From positions 8,930,001 to 8,994,000 of the forward strand of contig CM075995.1 of the NCBI GenBank assembly GCA_038087875.1: a stretch of 64,000 bases of DNA, given 5' to 3'. The stretch is from Malacoraja senta. Taxonomy: Eukaryota. This document shows, one piece after another, positions 28,801 to 37,480 of this stretch (positions are counted from its first letter, which is position 1; every line of letters starts with the position of its first letter). Under the pieces are notes generated by a model. The model was not told the DNA's origin. It did no database searches and saw only the letters and a program-made list of their open reading frames with translations. The position numbers and the translations under genes are program-made.

Positions 28801-31032
28801 GTATGTGTATGTGACAAATAAAGTTGACTTGACTTCTGAGGAAGTCCCCATCCCTCCAAATCCCCTACCCTAGTGATCCGAAGGGTCCCCTCCATGGGAC
28901 CTGCAAGGGGGTCACCCCCTCTCATCTCTTCTCTCGCCCTTTCTCTGGATCTTTGGGAGTCACCCACCCCCGCCTCTCCTCTGAGGGGCTCACCACCCTC
29001 TCTCTCCCCTCAACCTCCACCACCTCCAGTTTAAATTGCACTTGGAATATTTTGGATGACCAAGGAACCAAGTCTGGAGTCCCTGTCTCAGCAATCCCCC
29101 CCCCTTCTCTCCCTCCCCTCCCTCTCATCCACACTCCCTTGTCACCCCCTTCACTCTCCCCCCCTCCATCTAACTCCCCTCCCTCTCTCACCCCCCCCTC
29201 TCTCCCACTCCCTTCTCTCTCTTCCCCCCTCTTCTCTCACCCTCCCCTCCTTCTCGTCTCTCCTCCCAGCCCAGGATCTGAGGGGTTACCCATTTTCCCA
29301 CACCCTACCCCTTTATAACCCCCCCTCCACCTCAGCCCCAGCCCACTGTCCCTCCCCCCCCCCACCACCACATAAGTGGTGTCACCAACCCCCACCCTCA
29401 CCTCACACTCTCCCCCTGACCCCTCCCCCCCCTCATCACCACAGCATCTCAGGGATCATTAACCTCAGGATCTCCCCTCCTCCCCCCAGGGGTGTCACCA
29501 CCCCCACTGCCTTCTCCCCATGAGAGGGGGGGTCACCATCACCATCCCCCCATGAGAGGGGGGGGTCACCACCCCTCTCTCCCTCCCTCCCCCCCTCTGT
29601 CCCCTTGAGGGGTTACCCCTTCTCCCACACTCTACCCCTCCACTTCAGCCCACTCTCCCTCCCCCCCCACCCCCCCCACCACCACATAAGTGATGTCACC
29701 ACCACCACCCCCCTCCCCTCACCTCACATTTCCCCCCCATATCACCGCAGCATCTCAGGGATCATTAACCTCAAACTCTCCCCTCCTCCCCTCAGGGGGG
29801 AGTCACCACCCCCACTCCCTCCCTCCCCCACTCCCTCCCCTTGAGAGGGGGTCATCACCTCCCCCATGGGGGGGGTCACCATCCCTCTCTCCCTCCCTCC
29901 CCCCTCCCTATGTCCCCTGAGGGGTGACCCCTTCTCCCACACTCTCTCCCCTCCCCCCCTCACACCGCAGCATCTCAGGGATCATTAACCTCAAACTCTT
30001 CCCTCCACCTCTCAGGGGGGAGTCACCACCCCCACTCCCACTCCCCCCCCCCCCCATGAGAGGGGTCATCACCTCCCTCATGGGGGGGGGGGGTTCACCA
30101 TCCCTCTCTCCCTCCCTCCCCCTCTATGTCCCCCTGAGGGGTGACCCCTTCTCCCACACTCTGCCCCTCCACCTCAGCCCACTCTCCCTCCCCCCCCACC
30201 CCCCCCACCACATAAGTGGTGTCACCACCCCCACACTCTCCCCCCCCCTCACACTCTCTCCCCCCCCCCCACCCATCACCAAAGCATCTCAGGGATCATT
30301 AACCTCAGGATCTCCCCTCCTCCCCTCAGGGGGGAGTCACCACCCCCACTGCCTCCTCCCCATGAGGGGGGGGGGTCACCATCACCATCATCATCACCCC
30401 ATGAGGGGGGGGGTCACCATCATCATCACCCCATGAGGGGGGGGTCACCATCACCCCATGAGGGGGGGGGGTCACCATCACCATCATCATCCCCCCATGA
30501 GGGGGGGGGGGTCACCATCACCATCCCCCCATGAGGGGGGGGGTCACCATCACTATCCCCCCATGAGGGGGTCACCATCACCATCACCATCACCCCATGA
30601 GGGGGGGGTCACCATCACCATCATCATCACCCCATGAGGGGGGGGGTCACCATCACCATCATCATCACCCCATGAGGGGGGGGGTCACCATCACCATCAT
30701 CATCACCCCATGAGGGGGGGGTCACCATCACCATCACCCCATGAGGGGGGGGGTCACCATCACCATCCTCCCATGAGGGGGGGGGGGGTCACCATCACCA
30801 TCACCCCATGAGGGGGGGGGGTCACCATCACTATCCCCCCATGAGGGGGTCACCATCACCATCATCATCACCCCATGAGGGGGGGGGGTCACCATCACCA
30901 TCACCCCATGAGGGGGGGGGTCACCATCACCATCACCCCATGAGGGGGTCTCTCTCTCCCCCCCACCCCCACCCCCACCCCCACCCCTCCCCTCTGTCCC
31001 CCACTCACGTCTCCCATCCACAGGGTGGCCAT
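1795..31032 (-). CDS. TRNAU1AP: tRNA selenocysteine 1-associated protein 1-like (SECp43 family; probable trnau1apb/C6orf52-locus paralog), 8 coding exons, 3'-partial
   Basis: Exons 31032-31009, 19916-19819, 16681-16582, 16076-16024, 13647-13516, 13070-12951, 3442-3244 and 1840-1795 join in frame (772 nt) with GT-AG introns. The product has two RRMs, a Tyr/Gln-rich region and an acidic segment. The terminal exon was not found in the window. Confidence 0.93.
3244..3442 (-). CDS. TRNAU1AP: TRNAU1AP-like exon 7, Tyr/Gln-rich ([34 protein letters not shown]...SQLSE)
   Basis: 199 nt, ctttcag acceptor, gtaaag donor; YYQQYQxYYxQWGYD is characteristic of SECp43. Confidence 0.93.
3463..4128 (-). mobile_element. 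CR1 LINE 3' fragment abutting the exon 7 acceptor
   Basis: ORF 3956..4144 minus; tail CTATTGTCTATTG ends at 3463. Confidence 0.9.
4717..5590 (-). mobile_element. Rex/Babar-type LINE 3' fragment
   Basis: ORF 4853..5515 ([11 protein letters not shown]...[13 protein letters not shown]...LPSGRR) preceded by KFADDT; (CATT)n tail. Confidence 0.85.
7872..8647 (-). mobile_element. 5'-truncated Vingi/Ingi-like LINE inserted in a CR1 copy
   Basis: ORF 7894..8619 ([14 protein letters not shown]...LPVLAGIAP), frameshifted C-terminal CCHC, short GAAG-type tail, 13-bp TSD CAAATTAGGAGAC (7859-7871 and 8648-8660). Confidence 0.8.
9395..10482 (+). mobile_element. Two tandem CR1 3' fragments
   Basis: ORFs 9397..9687, 9909..10100 and 10058..10270. 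Confidence 0.85.
10992..11062 (-). CDS. Putative alternative first coding exon of the TRNAU1AP-like gene ([23 protein letters not shown]), giving a C6orf52-like short isoform
   Basis: Strong Kozak (gtgaggATGG), in-frame TAG upstream, 71 nt to a consensus donor AG|GTAAGT in phase 2, which is compatible with exon 7; sits in non-repetitive sequence. Confidence 0.65.
12951..13070 (-). CDS. TRNAU1AP: TRNAU1AP-like exon 6 ([39 protein letters not shown])
   Basis: 120 nt, ttttgtcag acceptor, gtcagt donor; RRM2 RNP1 RGFGFV; contained in ORF 12860..13144. Confidence 0.95.
13516..13647 (-). CDS. TRNAU1AP: TRNAU1AP-like exon 5 ([44 protein letters not shown])
   Basis: 132 nt, AG/GT boundaries, phase 2 to 2; RRM2 RNP2 IFVGDL. 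Confidence 0.95.
16024..16076 (-). CDS. TRNAU1AP: TRNAU1AP-like exon 4 ([18 protein letters not shown])
   Basis: 53 nt, acag acceptor, gtgagt donor; conserved [10 protein letters not shown]. Confidence 0.95.
16582..16681 (-). CDS. TRNAU1AP: TRNAU1AP-like exon 3 ([33 protein letters not shown])
   Basis: 100 nt, tttcag acceptor, gtaaac donor; RNP1 motif GYCFVE. Confidence 0.95.
17360..18240. mobile_element. Penelope-like element remnant (GIY-YIG C-terminus) in inverted arrangement
   Basis: Fragments [19 protein letters not shown] and [14 protein letters not shown]...GMNIDFSNF occur on both strands (about 17365-17630 minus, 17780-18240 plus), each followed by a hammerhead-like motif. Confidence 0.8.
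19570..19741. mobile_element. 172-bp fold-back MITE (TAG...CTA termini, TAA TSD; Academ-like ends)
   Basis: Nearly fully palindromic; interrupts the CR1 sequence atccttctaa|actccagc with duplication of TAA. Confidence 0.85.
19819..19916 (-). CDS. TRNAU1AP: TRNAU1AP-like exon 2 ([33 protein letters not shown])
   Basis: 98 nt, ccag acceptor, gtaag donor, phase 0 to 2; RRM1 sequence. Confidence 0.95.
20098..20668 (+). mobile_element. Second Rex/Babar-type LINE family, 3' fragment (related copy at about 27085-27615 minus)
   Basis: LRQLRKF...[23 protein letters not shown]...LLRSGKRLR; (CTTGA)n tail. Confidence 0.8.
21563..21598 (-). ncRNA. Minimal hammerhead ribozyme motif
   Basis: Reverse strand reads CTCAGT-CTGAAGA-A-GGGTCTCGACCC-GAAA-CG-TC-AC. 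Confidence 0.6.
22167..23794 (+). mobile_element. Tc1-family (DD34E) DNA transposon, decayed, IR/DR-type long TIRs
   Basis: TA then CAGTG left end; about 220-bp left TIR mirrored at about 23594-23794; the extreme right terminus is missing; internal transposase remnant. Confidence 0.93.
22525..23563 (+). pseudogene. Tc1 transposase pseudogene
   Basis: HTH region with [17 protein letters not shown] and SPDLNPIE (34 residues between D and E); frameshift near 22567, stops at 22934 and 23330. Confidence 0.93.
24040..25875 (+). mobile_element. CR1 (HER1-type) LINE, about 1.8-kb 3' portion of ORF2, decayed
   Basis: [52 protein letters not shown] and RPHLEYC-type motifs with frameshifts. Confidence 0.92.
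27940..28612 (+). mobile_element. CR1 LINE 3' fragment
   Basis: ORFs 28043..28252 and 28206..28535. Confidence 0.88.
29050..30360. repeat. C-rich low-complexity region with several imperfect long tandem repeats
   Basis: GCATCTCAGGGATCATTAACCTCA recurs four times (about 29443, 29749, 29969, 30283); strong C skew on the plus strand. Confidence 0.8.
30355..30950. repeat. Minisatellite, about 25-40 bp unit CCCCATGAG(G)nTCACCATCA(CCATCA)n
   Basis: More than 15 variable units directly visible, ending about 60 nt from the exon 1 donor. Confidence 0.92.
31009..31032 (-). CDS. TRNAU1AP: TRNAU1AP-like exon 1 (MATLWMGD)
   Basis: ATG GCC ACC CTG TGG ATG GGA GAC followed by gtgagt; matches the SECp43 N-terminus (SLWMGD, RNP2); lies in a CpG-rich region. 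Confidence 0.92.
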
Positions 31033-31039
31033 TTCCCGT

Positions 31040-31410
31040 CGACAGCGCCGCCGCAGCCTCGCAGGCCCCCCCGAGGAGAGACGCCCGCAGCCCGCCTGAG
31101 CCCATCCTCCCTCCCTCCCTCACCACCCCGCCCCCGGGCACCGCCGCGCAACCACCACCCCCCTCAACACACAACACACAACACACAACACACTCTCCCA
31201 GCAGCCACAACTGCCCGAGGAGCGGTCCAAATCAAGCAGCGGGCGCCGCAGGCAGCCGGCCAGGCGGTCGCTTGACGTGCGTGAGATGCGCCGGCCTGGA
31301 TTTGTAGTTCGGCCGATGGGTCCTTCCCGTGCACTGACGCGTGCGATGACGCCGCCGGTGGTCGCCGACGTCACTTTAACGCGCCGTGGTGTGGTTGTAG
31401 TTCCAGGCAG
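31040..31410. promoter_or_regulatory. CpG-island promoter/5'UTR of the TRNAU1AP-like gene
   Basis: CpG-rich unique sequence directly upstream of the ATG; two minus-strand GAACTACAA motifs (about 31302-31310 and 31395-31403) and several TGACG CRE half-sites. Confidence 0.65.
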
Positions 31411-33159
31411 GCCAAGAGTTCTGTCAAATGTCCCAGATACAACAATGACATTCTTTTTTTTTTTTAAACATTTTATTTATTAGAAGTACGTTACATTACA
31501 ACCGATTACATTAGTACTCATCACGTATATCTTATTACAATTAATGTACTCCGTCGTTTTTTACACTGATAAAAAGGAAAAGTTGAGATTAAGAAAAAAG
31601 AGAGAGTGAAGGAAAATAGTGAAGGTGTAAAAACGTGACAACAGGAAAGAACAGAGACCCTGTAGAAAAGAAATTAAAAAGAAAGGATTAAGAGATAGAT
31701 CCTAAAGAAGAAAAAAAAGAGAAAGAGGAAAAAAGAGAAAAACAAATACTTTATTATAAGCATCACGCAAATGGGATATACCAACTCTCCAGCTTTCATC
31801 CCCCTTTACCTCAACAATGACATTCTTACTTGCAGCAGCGCAACACAATATATAAACAATATAATAAACGGGAGAAAAATAATCAGTGTGCATATGATCT
31901 TGTGATCTTTAGTCCATTAGCGCTGGTCTCCAGCAGCCCCTTAATATATATTCTGTGTATAAATGAATGAATACATTTATTTATTATTATACCTTTAATA
32001 ATCCTTTGCAGGAAATTATAATGCCACGACAGCTTCAAGACAGACATAACACCACAAATAGCTTCCATACTTAACAAGTTAAAATACAAGTTAAAATACA
32101 AGTTCAAATACAATTAATTTAAAAAAAAGTGCAGTTATTTATGCGCATTATATAACCTTATCGCAGCTGGTAAACAGGACTTCCTATGTCTCTCCGTTTT
32201 GCACATTGGTGCAATCAGTCTCTGACTGAAGCTGCTGCTCTTGATCACCTTCAGGGCATGGAGTGGGTGAGTGGGGGTTGGTCATTATAGAACCCAGTTT
32301 ATTGGCCAAATATTCACATACAAGGAATTTGCCTTGGTGCTCCGCCCGCAAGTGACAACATGACATACAGTGACAGTTAGGAATGACACATTAATAAAAA
32401 TGTGCACATTATTGTCACATTAATTTAAAAAAACATTATTGATTAAACAATAGAGAATAGGCAACAGACAATAGGTGCAGGAGTAGGCCTTTCGAGCCAG
32501 CACCGCCATTCAATGTGATCATGGCTGATCATCCCCAATCAGTACCCCGTTCCTGCCTTCTCCCCATATCCCCTGACTCCGCTATTTTTAAGAGCCCAAT
32601 CTAGCTCTCTCTTGAAAGCATCCAGAGATCCTGCCTCCACCGCACTCTGAGGCATGGAATTCCACAGACTCACAACTCTCTGTGAGAAAAAGTGTTTCCT
32701 CGTCTCCGTTCTAAATGGCTTACTCCTTATTCTTAAACTGTGGCCCCTGATTCTGGACTCCCCCAACATCAGTAACATGTTTCCTGCCTCTAGCGTGTCC
32801 AAGCCCTTAACAATCTTATATGTTTCAATGAGATCCCTTCTCATCCTTCTAAACTCCAGAGTGTACAAGCCCAGCCGCTCCATTCTCTCAGCATATGACA
32901 GTCCCGCCATTCCCAACAAGTGAATTAAATAAAATACCAGTGCAAAAGGATGGTACAGATTTTTGGTTATTGAGTAGAGCTACTACTCGTGGGGAAAAAA
33001 GCTGTTTTTATTTCTGGCTGTGGCATCTTTGACAGTATGGTGTGGAACACGATATTAAATATAATGCTGGTAAGTGTGCTGTTATGATCTGTAGAACCAA
33101 AGAGGATAAATGTCTTAAATTTCCTGATTTTAAATTGTCTGATAATAATCTTAGTGTCT

Positions 33160-34399
33160 GTAATAGAATTTTTCGAGGATGTAACTAGTAGCGTGGATAG
33201 GGGAGAACCAGTGGATGTGGTGTATCTGGACTTCCAGAAGGCTTTCGACAAGGTCCCACATAAGAGATTAGTATACAAACTTAAAGCACATGGCATTGGG
33301 GGTTCAGTATTGATGTGGATAGAGAACTGGCTGGCAAACAGGAAGCAAAGAGTAGGAGTAAACGGGTCCTTTTCGCAATGGCAGGCAGTGACTAGTGGGG
33401 TACCGCACGGCTTAGTGCTGGGAACCCAGCTATTTACAATATATATTAATGATCTGGATGAGGGAATTGAAGGCAATATCTCCAAGTTTGCGGATGACAC
33501 TAAGCTAGGTGGCAGTGTTAGCTGTGAGGAGGATGCTAGGGAGACTGCAAGGTGACTTGGATAGGCTGGGTGAGTGGGCAAATGTTTGGCAGATGCAGTA
33601 TAATGTGGATAAATGTGAGGTTATCCATTTTGGTGGCAAAAACAGGAAAGCAGACTATTATCTAAATGGTGGCCGACTAGGAAAAGGGGAGATGCAGCGA
33701 GACCTGGGTGTCATGGTACACCAGTCATTGAAAGTAGGCATGCAGGTGCAGCAGGCAGTGAAGAAAGCGAATGGTATGTTAGCTTTCATAGCAAAAGGAT
33801 TTGAGTATAGGAGCAGGGAGGTTCTACTGCAGTTGTACAGGGTCTTGGTGAGACCACACCTGGAGTATTGCGTACAGTTTTGGTCTCCAAATCTGAGGAA
33901 GGACATTATTGCCATAGAGGGAGTGCAGAGAAGGTTCACCAGACTGATTCCTGGGATGTCAGGACTGTCTTATGAAGAAAGACTGGATAGACTTGGTTTA
34001 TACTCTCTAGAATTTAGGAGATTGAGAGGGGATCTTATAGAAACTTACAAAATTCTTAAGGGGTTGGACAGGCTAGATGCAGGAAGATTGCTCCCGATGT
34101 TGGGGAAGTCCAGGACAAGGGGTCACAGCTTAAGGATAAGGGGGAAATCCTTTAAAACCGAGATGAGAAGAACTTTTTTCACACAGAGAGTAGTGAATCT
34201 CTGGAACTCTCTGCCAAAGAGGGTAGTCGAGGCCAGTTCATTGGCTATATTTAAGAGGGAGTTAGATGTGGCCCTTGTGGCTAAAGGGGTCAGAGGGTAT
34301 GGAGAGAAGGCAGGTACGGGATACTGAGTTGGATGATCAGCCATGATCATATTGAATGGCGGTGCAGGCTCAAAGGGCCGAATGGCCTACTGCTGCACC
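33160..34399 (+). mobile_element. CR1 LINE 3' fragment, runs into the gap
   Basis: ORFs 33154..33555 and 33509..34327, RT domain with FADDTKL. Confidence 0.92.
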
Positions 34400-34599
34400 N
34401 NNNNNNNNNNNNNNNNNNNNNNNNNNNNNNNNNNNNNNNNNNNNNNNNNNNNNNNNNNNNNNNNNNNNNNNNNNNNNNNNNNNNNNNNNNNNNNNNNNNN
34501 NNNNNNNNNNNNNNNNNNNNNNNNNNNNNNNNNNNNNNNNNNNNNNNNNNNNNNNNNNNNNNNNNNNNNNNNNNNNNNNNNNNNNNNNNNNNNNNNNNN
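34400..34599. other. Assembly gap (200 N)
   Basis: Run of N bases. Confidence 1.
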
Positions 34600-34699
34600 T
34601 TTGCTGCGTGCTACAGAGCTGCCAAATAGTACGGATTTTCCGTATTTTGTACGGAAATGCGATAAGAATACGGATGTACGATTTTGCTTAGTTTGCTTA

Positions 34700-35438
34700 G
34701 TTAGGGAGCTCCCCCTCCCCTCACCCCACTCACCATCAACAACACCACAGTCACATCTGTGGAGTCTTTTAAGTTCCTGGGAACCATCATCTCCAAGGAC
34801 CTTAAGTGGGGGGCTACCATCGACTCCACAGACAAAAGGCACAACAGAGGATGTACTTCCTGCGGCAGCTGAGGAAGCACAATCTACCACAGGCAATGAT
34901 GGTCCAATTCTACACGGCCATCGTAGAGTCTGTTCTCACCTTCTCCATCATGGTCTGGTTTGGCTCAGCCACCAAGCACGACACCCGGAGGCTGCAACGA
35001 ATCGTCCGATCAGTAGAGAATGTTATTGGCTGCAACCTTCCCTCCATTGATGAACTGTACACTGCAAGGGCCAGGAAGCGAGCGGGCAAGATCATCTCTG
35101 ACCCCTCTCACCCTGGCCACAAACTCTTTGAATCACTTCCCTCTGGAAGGCGACTCCGGACTGTCAAAGCTGCCACAGCCAGACATAAAAACAGTTTTTA
35201 TCCACGAGCAGTTGCTCTACTCAACAGCCAAAAATCTGTAGCCTCCCTTTGATCTGGTATTTTGTTGGTTCACATGCTTGATCAATGGTGTTTTATCATT
35301 AATGTTTTATTATTATTAATGTTTAGTGTTTTCTGAGTCATTTGTAACTGTCACTGTGTGTCATGTTGTTACTTGTGGGCGGAGCACCAAGGCAAATTCC
35401 TTGTATGTGAATACTTGGCCAATAAACTAACTTACTTA
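34700..35438 (+). mobile_element. Rex/Babar-type LINE 3' fragment
   Basis: ORF 34806..35252 nearly identical to 4853..5515; AATAAA followed by a (CTTA)n tail. Confidence 0.85.
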
Positions 35439-36169
35439 AATACCGATTTTTTTTTAAAATCGGCCCGACTTCCTGTTTCATCTTGCTGCTTGAAAAATGC
35501 AAGGACATAAAAAGTCATACTGTACCTCTAAAAATTATAGCAGATTAAATCTATTAGTATTTTAAATTTCAAGATCTGGATGATTAATTTTGTAAGCTTT
35601 GATCTGCCTGTCCCGCTCCAGGTTTAAACAGAGCTGTCGGTTTAGCGCGTGGGGATTTAAACTAAGAGCGGTCGGCTACAGCTCTATGGGTTCTAAATAT
35701 AGTGCTACCGGCTGGAGCGCTATCACCCAGTCAGCGGAAAGACTACATGATTACAGTCCAGCCGTCCACAGTGTACAGATACAGGGTAAACGGAATAATA
35801 TTTAGTGCAAGATAAAGGCAGATTAACCTGTTCTGTCAAATTTTTTTTCCCCACTATTGGCCATGACTCGAGTATACTCTGGCTATGACAGTCTCGCCAT
35901 CCCGGGAATTAACTTTGTAAACCTACATTGCACTCCCTCAATAGTAAGAATGTCCTTCCTCAAATTAGGAGACCAAAATGCACACAATACTCCAGGTGTG
36001 GTCTCACTAGGGCTCTGTACAACTGCAGAAGGACCTCTTTGCTCCTATACTCAACTGCTCTTGTTATAAAGGCCAACATGCCATTCACTTTATTCACTGC
36101 CTGCTGTACCTGCATTCTTACTTTCATTGACTGATGAACAAGGACCCCCCCAGATCCCGTTGTACTACA

Positions 36170-37305
36170 CAAGAGATTAGTGGGCCAAATTAGGGCACAT
36201 GGTATTGGGGGTAGAGTGCTGACATGGATAGAAAATTGGTTGGCAGACAGGGAACAAAGAGTGGGGATTAACGGGTCCCTTTCAGAAAGGCAGGCAGTGA
36301 CTAGTGGGGTACCACAAGGCTCAGTGGTGGGACCGCAGCTATTTACAATATATATGAATGATTTAGATGAAGGGATTCAAAGTAACATTAGCAAATTTGC
36401 AGATGACACAAAGCTGCGTGGCAGTGTGAACTGTGAGGAGGACGCTATGAGATGCAGGGTGACTTGGACAGGTTGGGTGAGTGGGCAGATGCATGGCAGA
36501 TGCAGTTTAATGTGGATAAATGTGAGGTTATCCACTTTGGTAGCAAAAACAGGAAGGCAGATTACTACCTAGATGGCGTCAAGTTGGGAAAAGGGGAAGT
36601 ACAACGGTATCTGGGGATCCTTGTTCATCAGTCTATGAAAGTAAGCATGCAGGTACAGCAGGCAGTGAAGAAAGCGAATGGCATGTTGGCCTTTATAACA
36701 AGAGAAATCGAATATACGAGCAAAGAGGTCCTTCTGCAGTTGTACAGAGCCCTAGTGAGACCACACCTGGAGTATTGTGTGCAGTTTTGGTCCCCTAATT
36801 TGAGGAAGGACATTCTTGCTATTGAGGGAGTGCAGCGTAGGTTAATTCCCGGGATGGCGGGACTGTCATATGCTGAGAGAATGGAGCAGCTTGGCTTGTA
36901 CACTCTGGAGTTTAGAAGGATGAGAGGAGATCTCATTGAAACATATAAGATTGTTAAGGGCTTGGACACGCTAGAGGCAGGAAACATGTTCCCGATGTTG
37001 GGGGAGTCCAGAACCAGGGGCCACAGTTTAAGAATAAGAAGTAAGCCATTTAGAACGGAGACGAGGAAACACTTGTTCTCACAGAGAGTGGTGAGTCTGT
37101 GGAATTCCCTACCTCAGAGGGCAGGTTCTCTGGATGCTTTCAAGAGAGAGCTAGATAGGGCTCTTAAAGATAGCGGAGTCAGGGGATATGGGGAGAAGGC
37201 AGGAACGGGGTACTGATTGGGGATGATCAGCCATGATCACATTGAATGGCGGTGCTGGCTCGAAGGGCCCAATGGCCTACTCCTGCACCTATTGTCTATT
37301 GTCTG
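36170..37305 (+). mobile_element. CR1 LINE 3' fragment
   Basis: ORFs 36180..36572 and 36452..37216; (CTATTGT)n tail. Confidence 0.92.
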
Positions 37306-37382
37306 ACACACGAGCGAACGAACCATGCGTACAATTGTATTGACTTTGTAATTAAAATCAAGTCTGTTTATTTGGTGCACAG

Positions 37383-37480
37383 GAGACCATCATTGCCATT
37401 GCTGGAGATGAAGAGAACGTCAGTCTCTATGACGCTGACTCACAGAAATGTCTCTGTGAATTTAAGGCTCACGAGACCAG
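37383..37480 (+). CDS. PAK1IP1: PAK1IP1 exon (ETIIAIAGDEENVSLYDADSQKCLCEFKAHETR)
   Basis: 98 nt, cacag acceptor, gtacag donor; resembles the recalled human segment AVAGDEE...CLCEFKAHENR. Confidence 0.93.

Noticed and set aside
28953..31275. Pro/His/Gly-rich ORFs
   Set aside because: Translations of low-complexity repeats and the minisatellite; only 31009-31032 (minus) is a supported exon.
33509..34327. Long reverse-transcriptase-like ORFs as host genes or active elements
   Set aside because: All are 5'-truncated CR1 or Rex ORF2 pieces with frameshifts and no endonuclease domain or ORF1.
34612..34700. Possible DNA-transposon left end (CAGAGCTGCCAA... with TACGGA repeats)
   Set aside because: No convincing matching right TIR or TSD found; adjacent to the gap and interrupted by a LINE.
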